Positions 39,735 to 49,313 of a stretch of DNA of 64,000 nucleotides are shown in pieces. The translations under genes and the position numbers were made by a program. Positions within the stretch are counted from its first letter, which is position 1; each line of letters begins with the position of its first letter. The notes under the pieces were generated by a model. That model searched no databases, had not been told where the DNA came from, and saw only the letters and a program-made list of their open reading frames with translations. This stretch comes from Planctomycetota bacterium (GTDB taxonomy: Bacteria > Planctomycetota > MHYJ01 > WSZJ01), in NCBI GenBank assembly GCA_038060895.1, contig JBBTCT010000012.1, forward strand, positions 41,699-105,698. Direction: 5' to 3'.

Positions 39735-40742
39735 ATGCGCCGTCTCCCCCTCGCTGCCTTCGCCGTCCTGCTCGCGGCCTGTTCCTCGGATCCCCCTCCC
39801 CCGCGGCCCACGCGCAACGTGGCCGCGCTCGAAATCGCGATCCGGCACGCCTCCGACTGGCTCGCGCGGCAGCAGCGCCCGGACGGAAGCTGGGCGAGCG
39901 GGACGTACGGCTTCATGAAGAGCGGACAGTCGATGACGCCCTTCGTGGGGCGGACGATGAGGCTGGCGGACCGGCCGGTGGAAGCGGAGCGGGCGGTGAA
40001 GTGGATCCGGGCGCACGCGGGGCCGGACGGGTCGCTGGGAAATGAAGGAGAGACGGCGGATTACCCGTCATACGCGACGGCGCTGGCCCTGGGACTGGAC
40101 GCGACGATCCCGGGGGCGCGGCGCTACCTTGTTTCCTGCCAGGTGACGAAAGCCGATCACACCGAGCGCGGCGGATTCGCCTTCGGCGCGCGGGCCGCGG
40201 AACTCGCAGACGCGCCGCACACCGCGGAGATCTCGCGCACGGCCTGGGTGGCGGAAGCGCTGGGCGCGTTCCCGGGGGCGCCTGCGGCGATCGATTTCGT
40301 CACGAGGTGCCAGTCGGCGGACGGAGGTTTTTATTTCACGCCGGCCGGCGACGGCAACAAGGCCGGCCCCGGCCGTAGTTACGGAAGCGCCACCTGCGAC
40401 GGGATCCGCGCCCTGCGGCGCTTCGGCGTCGCCGCGGACGACGAGCGCATCCAGCGGGGGCTGGCCTGGCTGGAGGCCCACGAAGCGTACGACCGCAACC
40501 CGGGATTCACCGGCGAAGGGCGGCACTGGGAGACTGGAATCTGGTACTACTACCTTGCTGCCCTCGCCACGGTCCACGCCGACCTCGGCGGCCCGCAGGG
40601 CTGGCGCGACCGGCTCGCCGCCGAACTCCTGAAACGGCAGCGCGAGGACGGGTCATTCGCGAATGGCAACGCCACGATGCGCGAAGACGACCCCCTGATT
40701 GCGACGGCTCTGGCGCTCGAGGCCCTGGTGAAGTGCCGCTGA
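39735..40742 (+). CDS. Prenyltransferase/squalene-oxidase repeat lipoprotein
   Basis: LAAC lipobox; QRPDGSW, QSADGGF, QREDGSF repeats; SYGSAT, EDDP motifs. Confidence 0.85.
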   Translation: MRRLPLAAFAVLLAACSSDPPPPRPTRNVAALEIAIRHASDWLARQQRPDGSWASGTYGFMKSGQSMTPFVGRTMRLADRPVEAERAVKWIRAHAGPDGSLGNEGETADYPSYATALALGLDATIPGARRYLVSCQVTKADHTERGGFAFGARAAELADAPHTAEISRTAWVAEALGAFPGAPAAIDFVTRCQSADGGFYFTPAGDGNKAGPGRSYGSATCDGIRALRRFGVAADDERIQRGLAWLEAHEAYDRNPGFTGEGRHWETGIWYYYLAALATVHADLGGPQGWRDRLAAELLKRQREDGSFANGNATMREDDPLIATALALEALVKCR

Positions 40743-40749
40743 GAAGTGT

Positions 40750-41541
40750 TCAGGCTTTCTTCGCTTCGTTCCAGAGCGCATCCATCTCCTCGAGCGTTGC
40801 GGTCTCCGGCTGCTTCCCCTTCTCCCGTAGCTTCGCCTCGACGTAGCGGAACCGCTTCACGAACTTCTCGTTCGTCCTGCGCAGCGCGCCCTCCGGATCG
40901 ACGCTCAGCTGCCGGGCGACATTGGCCAGCGTGAAGAGGATGTCGCCCAGTTCGTCTTCGACCCGGGCCGGATCGCCGCCTTTCGCCGCCTCCTTGAATT
41001 CGCCGACTTCCTCGTCGAGTTTCGCCAGGACACCGGAGAGGTCGGGCCACTCGAAGCCGACGCGGGCGGCCTTGGAGGAGAGGCGGAACGCCTTCGCCAG
41101 CGCGGGCAGCCCGTCGGGGACTCCGTCGAGGACGCTGGCTTTCTTCTTTTCGCGCTCAAGGGATTTCAGTCGCTCCCAGTTGCGGAGGGCTTCTTCGGGC
41201 GAAGCGACTTTCTCGTTCCCGAAGACCCAGGGGTGGCGGCGGGTGAGCTTGTCGGCGATGCCGTCGATGACGCCTGAGAGATCGAAGGCGCCCCGGCGGT
41301 GGAACAGTTCAGAGAGGAAGACGATCTGGTAGAGCAGGTCGCCGAGCTCTTCCTTCAGGTTCGGCGCGTCGCACGCGTCGAGCGCCGCGAGGGCCTCATG
41401 GGTTTCCTCGAGGAGGAACGCGCGAAGCGTGTCGGCCGTCTGGGCGCGGTCCCAGGGGCAGCCGCCGTCGCCGAGGAGGGATCGCATCACGTCGATGAGG
41501 CGGCGCAGGGAAACCGCCGGATCGCGGGGAAGAGGAGTCAC
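40750..41541 (-). CDS. mazG: Nucleoside triphosphate pyrophosphohydrolase MazG
   Basis: GCPWDRAQT, EETHE, EELGDLL, RRHPWVF, DELGDILF, KFVKRF. Confidence 0.96.
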   Translation of the reverse strand: MTPLPRDPAVSLRRLIDVMRSLLGDGGCPWDRAQTADTLRAFLLEETHEALAALDACDAPNLKEELGDLLYQIVFLSELFHRRGAFDLSGVIDGIADKLTRRHPWVFGNEKVASPEEALRNWERLKSLEREKKKASVLDGVPDGLPALAKAFRLSSKAARVGFEWPDLSGVLAKLDEEVGEFKEAAKGGDPARVEDELGDILFTLANVARQLSVDPEGALRRTNEKFVKRFRYVEAKLREKGKQPETATLEEMDALWNEAKKA

Positions 41542-44012
41542 CGCTTCTCGACTTTGACGCGCCTGCAGCCGATCGCGTCTTCTTTCCCGTCCCCTGCATA
41601 CACCTTTACCAGATAGTCCCCCTCCGGAATCTCCGCGGGCACCTTCACCTCGGTCTTGAAGTTGCCGCCCTTCATCTCCACCTCGACCCGCAGCGCGACC
41701 GCCTCATTCATCCGCTTCCAGTTCCGCTTCATCGCTTCCTCGGCCCCTTCTGCCTTGGCGTCGATTTTCTCCACCGGCTCGATCGATTTCAGCCGCGCCG
41801 CCTCCAGCGTCACGATCGCGGTCCCGTCGCCCAGTTCGCAACTGCCCTCGACCTCCAGGACGACGCCGGGTTTCGACTCCTTCGCGCATTCGACCTTCAT
41901 TTTGCCGGGCCAGGGAATGCGCGTGGCCGGATCTCCGAAGAGGTTATAGGCCAGGCTTCCGTCCAGGCGGTAGCGCTCCTGGGCGTCGAGTCCGCCGACC
42001 GCGCCGGCGGCCATGCCGTCGATGAAGAGTCGCATCGCATCGCCTTCGGCGGGCTTGAGGCACCGGCGCTTGGCGGCGAGCACGCCCTGGCCGATCGTCG
42101 GCGCCCGCTTCGCAAACATCACGGTCATGAGTTCCTTCGCGAAGATTATGTCGGCGTACGGGTGGGAGATGGCGGAGGAACCAATCGCGGCGACGGGGCC
42201 GCCGGGATTGCGCACGAGCGCCTCGCAGAGGCAGTCTTCCTTTTCGTCGAAGGAGCCTGTGAGGCAGGCGAAGAGAAAGGCCATCGGCAGGCCGTTTTTC
42301 GAGTCGAAGTTTTTCGCCAGCCCGACGTCCAGGATCGGGTAGCGCTTGCCGTCCCACTTCAGCGACTGGAGACCGTGCTCCCAGCCGTGGCCGCTGTAGG
42401 CGAAGACCATGCAGCCGTCGTTGACGCGCTGCGTCAAAAAAGCGTTGTAGTCGCGCGGCGGGTAGGTGAAGGGCAGGTCGAGTTCCAGCGTCGATTGCAC
42501 GCGGAACGCGTACGAGTCAGGAACCAGGTCCCCCGCAATCTTCATCCCGCCCGACTTCAGCATGTTGTCCATCCCGTCCCCGAATCCGGCTGTCCCGAGC
42601 ACGAGATGCACGTTCCGCCGCCACTCGCCGGGCGCCGAGTCCTCGAAGCGCTTCACTTTCGCCAGCAGCGCCCCCGCTTCCTCTGCAGTCCGCGCCGGCC
42701 ATCGACCGACCGCGAGGTCGGGGAGTTCGTCGTCGTCCACGCGCGCGTACCAGCCGTCGGTTGCCGTCCAGCCCGCGCCGAGGGCGTCGCGCGCGCCGGC
42801 CGGGATCCCGGTGTGACTGCCGCGCTCCGCGTCGCCGGCCAGCAGCACGAATTTCAGCTTCGGCTCGGGCCACGCGGTCGCGGCGTGCCGGATGAAGCGG
42901 GCGATCGCGTCATGAGCGGGGAGATCCCCACCCCCGGCCGCAATCGCTTCCTCGACGCTGACGAACTCCGCGGACAATCCCTGTTCGCGGCGCCTGTTGA
43001 CGAGCGGCGCGAGGGATTCGCGGAAAGCCGCGGGCGCGATGACGATCCACTCGACGCCTTTTTCAGGATCGCGCGCTGCGGTGACACACGTCACCGCCTT
43101 GGGACGAATGAGGGCTCCCTTTGCGGCCGCGAAGACCGGTCCGTCGACCGCCAGCGCGTCGCCCTGGTCCTTCAGGCGCTTCTTGAGAAGCATCGAGAAT
43201 ACGTACTCGAGCCGAACGCCCTTGAGGTCGCGCAGATACGCGGCCTGGGTGAGCTCGCCGATCCACGACGCCTGCGCAGAATCGATGACGCGCGGGCCGT
43301 CGATCTCGATCCAATCGAGGTAGAGCGGCCCCTCGCCCATCGGGCCGCTGGCGATGACGCGGGGAGAAGGACCGTCCTTTGTGCGGAACTCAAGTGTCTG
43401 CGGCTTGCCGCCGGAGACCGCTTCAACCCGGAACTCTGCTGTATGGGCCGCTCCGCCTTCCCAGTTTGCGTCCGCCAACTTGTGACCGTTCCACCAGAGC
43501 TCCACCGCGTGGGGAACTTTCGGCGTCCTCATCGGCTGGAAACGGACCCTCACGGTTACGGTTTTGCGCCATTCGCTCCAGGGGATCTCCAGCTTCGCGC
43601 CGTCCGTGACCGGCATCCAAAACCATCCGTCTCCGCCCCCGTCCATCAGCCTCATCGTCACCGACTCGAGACGGTCAAAAACCAGGTTTTTCTCGAGCCG
43701 CTCCACCGACCGAGGCACACGGGTACGGGGCGAATCCTGGTGTGAGAGGATCGTGCCTCCGTACAGCCCGCCACCTTCCGGGACCAGGCGAACGACTCCC
43801 GCATGCGGCACCGGCAGGATGACGAGATCTCCTTCGATGCTCCACGGAAGCTCTTCTCCGTCCTGCGTCGCGAGCATGGTCTCGTGGCCTTGGTGCCCGA
43901 AGGGAATGTCCTTGAGCGGGATAGCGGCGACGCCAGCACGGTCGAATGTCGCCTCAACGGGGTCAGCGAAGACGGCCGTCGAGAGGCTCAAGGCGAGCAG
44001 GATGCGTTTCAT
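41538..44012 (-). CDS. Secreted C25 (gingipain-family) cysteine peptidase
   Basis: Signal peptide; LLAGDA, PDLAVGRWP, YSGHG and FACLTG His/Cys dyad, YNLFGDP. Confidence 0.88.
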   Translation of the reverse strand: MKRILLALSLSTAVFADPVEATFDRAGVAAIPLKDIPFGHQGHETMLATQDGEELPWSIEGDLVILPVPHAGVVRLVPEGGGLYGGTILSHQDSPRTRVPRSVERLEKNLVFDRLESVTMRLMDGGGDGWFWMPVTDGAKLEIPWSEWRKTVTVRVRFQPMRTPKVPHAVELWWNGHKLADANWEGGAAHTAEFRVEAVSGGKPQTLEFRTKDGPSPRVIASGPMGEGPLYLDWIEIDGPRVIDSAQASWIGELTQAAYLRDLKGVRLEYVFSMLLKKRLKDQGDALAVDGPVFAAAKGALIRPKAVTCVTAARDPEKGVEWIVIAPAAFRESLAPLVNRRREQGLSAEFVSVEEAIAAGGGDLPAHDAIARFIRHAATAWPEPKLKFVLLAGDAERGSHTGIPAGARDALGAGWTATDGWYARVDDDELPDLAVGRWPARTAEEAGALLAKVKRFEDSAPGEWRRNVHLVLGTAGFGDGMDNMLKSGGMKIAGDLVPDSYAFRVQSTLELDLPFTYPPRDYNAFLTQRVNDGCMVFAYSGHGWEHGLQSLKWDGKRYPILDVGLAKNFDSKNGLPMAFLFACLTGSFDEKEDCLCEALVRNPGGPVAAIGSSAISHPYADIIFAKELMTVMFAKRAPTIGQGVLAAKRRCLKPAEGDAMRLFIDGMAAGAVGGLDAQERYRLDGSLAYNLFGDPATRIPWPGKMKVECAKESKPGVVLEVEGSCELGDGTAIVTLEAARLKSIEPVEKIDAKAEGAEEAMKRNWKRMNEAVALRVEVEMKGGNFKTEVKVPAEIPEGDYLVKVYAGDGKEDAIGCRRVKVEKR

Positions 44013-44069
44013 TGAGAAGATGATACGGAAGCGCGACGTCGGCGTCAGTGAACAGTGCAAGATTGAGCT

Positions 44070-44933
44070 TCAGCGCGTGACCTTGAGATTGTCGAACGTC
44101 GCTTCCGACGTCCAGCAGCCGAACCCGATGCGTCCTGCGTCGGCGGGCACGTTCGCTTCGCCGACAAATGTGCCGTCGATCCAGACCTTGACCTGCGAGC
44201 CGTTTACTTCGAGTTTCGCGTGCACCGCCTTTCCCGCCACGGTCGGGACTTGCCAATTCGCGACGGCGGTGTTCTTCCAGTCCGGGTTCGCGTAGACGCC
44301 GGCGATACCCGGCGTGAGCCAGAGCGCCGCCGCGTTTGACGCGTCCTCGCTGTGGAACATGATGGCGGCCCAGCTGCCGCAGGTCACATCGGCCTCGATC
44401 GTGAACTCGCCATCGAATGTCGGCGCGAGCAGGATCATGTCCCCGCCCATCGGGGTGGGCTTCACCTTCAACACTCCGCCAGCAACCTCCCACACGCTCG
44501 CCCCGGTCGGCGCCCAGCCTCCGAGCTTTCCGTCCGAGAAATCGCAGGTGAGGTCTCTCCCCGGCCGTCGGAATCGCGCACCCTTCAGGTCCGCAGCCGG
44601 GATCTCGAGAACCCCGTAGCCGGTGTCGATCTCGAAGTCGGGCATGTCCGTCGTCCACCCCTCCACGACGCCCTCCGAAGTCACCACGCGGTCCGCTTCC
44701 TCCCTTTTCACGACACCGATCGAGAGCGACCAGGTGTCGTCGAAGGAAACTGTTTTCTTCCCGCCCTTCACTTTGAGCGTGACCTCGCGCGGCGCCCTGA
44801 GCATTCCCTTGATGACCGAACCGTTCTGAAGCCGCAGCTCGCAGGTCTCGCCGTCGGGCCTTTTCTCGGGCCCATCGGAGAAGCAGACGGAAGCGAAGAC
44901 CAGCAGAACTGCGGCGATGGCGAACCGAGGCAT
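44070..44933 (-). CDS. Secreted protein with C-terminal DUF1080/ConA-like domain
   Basis: Signal peptide; W.V..G.L, V.G..VKVWIDG, GRIGF, FDNLKV patterns. Confidence 0.7.
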   Translation of the reverse strand: MPRFAIAAVLLVFASVCFSDGPEKRPDGETCELRLQNGSVIKGMLRAPREVTLKVKGGKKTVSFDDTWSLSIGVVKREEADRVVTSEGVVEGWTTDMPDFEIDTGYGVLEIPAADLKGARFRRPGRDLTCDFSDGKLGGWAPTGASVWEVAGGVLKVKPTPMGGDMILLAPTFDGEFTIEADVTCGSWAAIMFHSEDASNAAALWLTPGIAGVYANPDWKNTAVANWQVPTVAGKAVHAKLEVNGSQVKVWIDGTFVGEANVPADAGRIGFGCWTSEATFDNLKVTR

Positions 44934-45092
44934 GGGAACAGGCTCCGAATCAGGACAATCCCTGTTCTCCTTGGACGCCGCGCATGCTTCATGGTTCCAC
45001 ACGCGTTTCTGCCAGCCTCTGCCAGCCTATTTCTAAACCTGCCGGAACTCGCGTGTTATCCTTTCCAGGTCCCTCCACGCGGAGAAATCGAC

Positions 45093-46310
45093 GTGGCTAC
45101 GAAGGAAGAAGTCGAGCTCGCGGTCAAGGCCATCAAGGCCGGCTTCCTCACCAAGGAACAGCTCGGCCCGGCCATGATGCGCCAGGACGCGTTGGCCAAG
45201 GCCGGGACTCCGGCCAGGCTCTTCAATATTCTCGTCGAACTGAAGGCGATGACGCCGCAGCAGTACCAGCTTCTCGTTGGCGAAGTCGGCGGCCCGGCGA
45301 CGAAGTCGATGCCGGCCGACCCGGTCCCCGGGTTCAAGATCACGGGGAAACTCGGCACCGGCGGCATGGCGCTCGTCTACCGCGCAACCGACACGATGGA
45401 AGGCGACCAGGTCGCGCTCAAGGTCATGAAACCCGCGCACATGGCCAACCCGCGCTTCGTGGCGCAATTCCACCGCGAAGCGGACCTGCTGGAGAAATAC
45501 GATCACCCGCACCTCGTAAAGGGATTCCAGCACGGCAAGGTGAACGGAATCGAGTACTTCGCGATGGAGATGGTGGACGGGCCGTCGATGCGCGAGATCG
45601 TCGAAAAAGAAGGGCCGCTGACGGAAGACCGCGCGCTGAAGTACACGATCCAGGTGGCGGAAGCGGTGCAGTACACGCACAAGCAGGGGATCGTGCACCG
45701 CGACATCAAGCCGGAAAACATCCTGCTCGACCCGGAGGACAACGTGAAGCTGATCGACCTGGGCTTCGCGAAGCCGATCGGCTCGCAGGAAGAGCCGGAA
45801 GGCACGACGTCCGGAACGCCGCAGTACATGTCGCCGGAGCAGGCGCAGGGGCAGGCGTCGATCGACGTCCGCAGCGACCTCTACTCGCTCGGCGCAACTC
45901 TCTACCACATGGTGCTCGGGGACGTGCCCTTCAAGGGCGGCGACAATATGGAAGTCATGGCCGCCCAGGTCCTGAACGAGCTTCAGTCCAGTGAAACGAA
46001 GGGCGGCAAGATCTCGAAGATGATGCACTACTTCCTCGAGCGCGCGATGGCGAAGGACAAGGAAATCCGCTACCAGACGCCAAAGGAGATGATCGACGAC
46101 ATGAAAGCGCAGTGGGAGGGGATGAAGTCGCTCGAGTTCAACCCCGACGCCGTCGAGCGGCGCAATATCGATCCGGACCGCGAGGCCAAGCCGCCGCCCC
46201 GCGGAACAACCCGACCGCCCCAGGCCAAGGGCAACACCTCGATCTCCGACCGCCTGCGCCGCAACAACCCCCCCACGGGGCGCTTCGGCCGGCCTTTCCG
46301 CAAGGACTAG
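45093..46310 (+). CDS. Cytoplasmic Hanks-type Ser/Thr protein kinase
   Basis: GTGGM, ALK, HRDIKPEN, DLG, GTPQYMSPE; GGAG RBS before GTG 45093. Confidence 0.93.
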   Translation: MATKEEVELAVKAIKAGFLTKEQLGPAMMRQDALAKAGTPARLFNILVELKAMTPQQYQLLVGEVGGPATKSMPADPVPGFKITGKLGTGGMALVYRATDTMEGDQVALKVMKPAHMANPRFVAQFHREADLLEKYDHPHLVKGFQHGKVNGIEYFAMEMVDGPSMREIVEKEGPLTEDRALKYTIQVAEAVQYTHKQGIVHRDIKPENILLDPEDNVKLIDLGFAKPIGSQEEPEGTTSGTPQYMSPEQAQGQASIDVRSDLYSLGATLYHMVLGDVPFKGGDNMEVMAAQVLNELQSSETKGGKISKMMHYFLERAMAKDKEIRYQTPKEMIDDMKAQWEGMKSLEFNPDAVERRNIDPDREAKPPPRGTTRPPQAKGNTSISDRLRRNNPPTGRFGRPFRKD

Positions 46311-46318
46311 CCCGCGTC

Positions 46319-46987
46319 ATGCCCGATAAACCCCTCACCGAGCGTCGCGCGTTCGACGCGCGCGTAGAGAATCCCTGGAACGACGAGCAGGTGTCGCAGG
46401 ACACCGGCTTCTTCGGCCTTCGCAAGGGCAAGAAGAAGATGGAGAAACTCGTCGAGAGCGTCTCCAAGGCGCTGACAGCGGCGGGCCTCGAGGCGCCGTG
46501 GTGGCCGGAGGTGAAAGGCGCGAAGCCGGCGGCGCACATCCGGATCGACCGGATGGGGGTGTTGAAGGACCTGAAGCACTACGCGGCGGAGCTGGAGGGA
46601 ACGGATGTCGCGGAAGTGATGAAGGGCAAGGGGGTGCCTACGCAGTTCCCGAATCTGCTGCGCCATCGCGAAAAGAACGCGTACTACTGGCCGGTGGATT
46701 TCGTGGAGCCGATGTGGATCAACGTTGACGGCGAGGAATCGGTGCCGGTCGGCTCGAGCGGAGGGCTGCTGAAGGAACTCGACAAGGTGAACGAGATGCT
46801 GAAGGTCGAGAAAACGTTCCGGATGCAGAAGATGGTGGATTACATGGATGCGGATGAGCGGGAGATCGCGAAGATCGAGACGTACATGGATGTGAGCGGG
46901 AAGTTCTGGCTGAAGTTCGGGTTTCTTGTGATGCGCAAGCTGGCGCAGAAAAGCGTCGAGACGAATCTGCCGATTGTATTCGGGTAA
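46319..46987 (+). CDS. Hypothetical protein co-transcribed with the kinase
   Basis: ATG 8 nt after the kinase stop; YWPVDF..P, GSS..LLKEL, terminal IVFG; normal codon usage. Confidence 0.75.
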   Translation: MPDKPLTERRAFDARVENPWNDEQVSQDTGFFGLRKGKKKMEKLVESVSKALTAAGLEAPWWPEVKGAKPAAHIRIDRMGVLKDLKHYAAELEGTDVAEVMKGKGVPTQFPNLLRHREKNAYYWPVDFVEPMWINVDGEESVPVGSSGGLLKELDKVNEMLKVEKTFRMQKMVDYMDADEREIAKIETYMDVSGKFWLKFGFLVMRKLAQKSVETNLPIVFG

Positions 46988-46988
46988 C

Positions 46989-47249
46989 GAGTTGCGGGTT
47001 GGGAGTTGCGAGCGGTTGAGGGGTTTGGAGTTGCGAGTTCCGGAAGTTGTGTTCCGGGTTCCGAGTTCCGCGTGGGGTTTGGAGTTGTCGGTTCGGGGAT
47101 TTCAGCGAGCGAGGACGCGCGCGGGGCGACAACTCGAAACACACAACCCCGAACCCCACCCGGAACGCGGAACTCCGAACCCGGAACACAACTTCCGGAA
47201 CTCCAAACTCGAAACACCCCGACAACCCGAAACCAGCAACCCGCAACTC
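46989..47249. repeat. 261-bp inverted element of 7-nt units (GAGTTCC/GGGTTGC) between convergent genes
   Basis: Perfect 12-bp outer IR (46989-47000 / 47238-47249) and a 39-bp IR with one mismatch (47035-47073 / 47165-47203). Confidence 0.9.
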
Positions 47250-48282
47250 AGCGCTGTTCGCGCGACTCGAGCAGTTTCTTACCGATAGCTTTCACTTCGA
47301 GCACTTTGAGAAGTCGCGCGATCATCTCTTCCGCAACCGCCGGCGCGCCCGCCCCCCCGCTGATCACCGTAATCCGCCCTCCCGCCATCGTCTCGTGCCC
47401 TCCCGCCGTCCCTCGCTTCCCAACCACCCGCTGCGCAATCGCCCCGGCGTTCAGCCCGCCTTCGGTCGTCCGCAGCGAGAACACCACCTGCCCGTTGTGG
47501 TACCCGCAGACGATGCTCCAGTGCACTTCCTCCAGCCGCAGCAGCATGTCCGCGATCTCCGGGATCATGTCCGGGTTGTGCACCGCCCCCACCGGACACG
47601 CCGCGACGCTCCCGTAAAGCGTCGTCGCCCCAATCCCGCGGTGCCACACCTCAAAATAGTCCACCGCGATCCGCGCCCGCTCGATCCCGCCGACCAGCTC
47701 CAGGTCCGCAATCGGGAACAACTCCATGTACGCATCCACGTCCGCCTTCGACGCTTCACGCCCCAGCTCCTGCGTCTCCGTCCGGATCGCGTAGAACATC
47801 AGCGTCGCCAGCGGCCCCGGGATCTCGACCTCCGCCTGCGTCAGGTACTCCACCACCATCGTGCAAGTCGCGCCGTAGTTGGTCCTCACGTCGATGAACG
47901 GCACCGCTTTGGTCGCCTTCCGGATCCCGTGATGGTCGATCACCGCGTCGGGAACGCGGTCGTGCGGAAGCGAGTTGTTCCCGCCTCGCGGCTGCGTATC
48001 GACGAGAACCACGCGCGGATACTCGGAAAACTCGATCTGGTCGACGTGCCGGAGCCGCAGCCCCAGTTTTTCTATCAGCGCTTTATTGGAAGCGCGCCCG
48101 ATGACGCCGCCGTACGCGACCGTGGCCTTGACCCCCGCCACCCGCTCGAACAGGTGCCGCAGCCCCCACGCGCTCGCAAAACAGTCCGGGTCCGGGTTGT
48201 CGTGCATCAGGATCAGCACCGGCCCCGGCGACAGCGCGTCCATCAATTTGCGCAGGCGCGAGTCGGCGGTGCGGACAGGCAA
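47248..48282 (-). CDS. DHH family phosphoesterase (NrnA/Pde2-like)
   Basis: HDNPDPD, VLVDTQP, IDHH, SLRT, GGH..MAGG; start uncertain (TTG 48282 or ATG 48243). Confidence 0.9.
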   Translation of the reverse strand: MPVRTADSRLRKLMDALSPGPVLILMHDNPDPDCFASAWGLRHLFERVAGVKATVAYGGVIGRASNKALIEKLGLRLRHVDQIEFSEYPRVVLVDTQPRGGNNSLPHDRVPDAVIDHHGIRKATKAVPFIDVRTNYGATCTMVVEYLTQAEVEIPGPLATLMFYAIRTETQELGREASKADVDAYMELFPIADLELVGGIERARIAVDYFEVWHRGIGATTLYGSVAACPVGAVHNPDMIPEIADMLLRLEEVHWSIVCGYHNGQVVFSLRTTEGGLNAGAIAQRVVGKRGTAGGHETMAGGRITVISGGAGAPAVAEEMIARLLKVLEVKAIGKKLLESREQR

Positions 48283-48425
48283 GGTGAGGGCTCCCCGGGG
48301 GTGAGGCGAAATTCTATGCTCGGCGGGGGGAAGAAGGGAACAACAGGCTGCGTCCGTGCGGCGGAGACTCCAACCCGGCATTTCTGCGTGACCCCCTTTC
48401 CCGCCCGCGCTATCCTCGTTCCCTG

Positions 48426-49313
48426 ATGTCCCTCAAACCCAGCTGGCTCAAGGTCAAGGCCCCCGGCGGCGAGACGCACGCGCGGCTGAAGAAGCTGCTG
48501 CGGGAGAACGACCTGCACACCGTGTGCGAGGAAGCCAACTGCCCGAACATCGGGGAGTGCTGGGGAAGCGGGACGGCGACGTTTATGCTGCTGGGAAGCG
48601 TGTGCACGCGGGGCTGCAAATTCTGCAACGTGCAGACGGGCAATCCCAAGGGCCTGATCGACGAGCGGGAGCCCGAGAAAACGGCGGCGGCGATCGCTTC
48701 GCTCGGCCTCGAGTACATCGTCATGACCATGGTCAACCGGGACGACCTGCCGGACCAGGGCGCTGGGCATGTGGCGCGCACAATCCGGCTGATCAAAATC
48801 GCGGCGCCGGCGCTTCTCCTCGAAACGCTCGTCGGCGACTTCCGCGGCGACCTTTCCTGCGTCGAGGCCGTCGTCGATTCCTCGCCTCACGTGTTCGCGC
48901 ACAACATCGAGACCACCGAGCCGCTTCAGCGCCGCGTCCGCGACCCGCGTGCCGGGTACGCGCAGTCGCTGGCCGTGCTCGAGCACGCGAAAAAGCTCGC
49001 GCCGGAACGTTTCACCAAGTCGTCGATCATGATGGGCCTCGGGGAAACGGATGCGGACCTGGAAAAGTGTTTCCGCGACCTGCGCGGGGTCGGCGTCGAT
49101 TTCCTGACGCTCGGCCAGTATCTCCAGCCGTCGGCCGCGCACCTCCCCGTCGAGAAGTTCGTGACGCCGATGGAGTTCGACGAGTGGCGCGAGCGCGCGC
49201 TCTCGGCCGGGTTCAAGTACGTCGCCAGCGGGCCATTGGTCCGCTCGAGCTACAAGGCCGGTGAGTTCTACCTGTCGAGCCTGATTCGCGAAGGCTCGGG
49301 AGAAAAGAAATGA
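48426..49313 (+). CDS. lipA: Lipoyl synthase
   Basis: CEEANCPNIGEC, CTRGCKFC, RDDL, HNIET, GQYLQP, VRSSY. Confidence 0.98.
   Translation: MSLKPSWLKVKAPGGETHARLKKLLRENDLHTVCEEANCPNIGECWGSGTATFMLLGSVCTRGCKFCNVQTGNPKGLIDEREPEKTAAAIASLGLEYIVMTMVNRDDLPDQGAGHVARTIRLIKIAAPALLLETLVGDFRGDLSCVEAVVDSSPHVFAHNIETTEPLQRRVRDPRAGYAQSLAVLEHAKKLAPERFTKSSIMMGLGETDADLEKCFRDLRGVGVDFLTLGQYLQPSAAHLPVEKFVTPMEFDEWRERALSAGFKYVASGPLVRSSYKAGEFYLSSLIREGSGEKK

Noticed and set aside
38614-40742. Squalene-hopene cyclase / hopanoid cluster
   Set aside because: The proteins are about half the size of SHC, are exported, lack the catalytic DXDD, and have no hpn genes nearby.
46719-47288. Small ORFs across the 46989-47249 element
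   Set aside because: Their sequences are direct translations of the 7-nt repeat units (e.g. PGSEFRV repeats).
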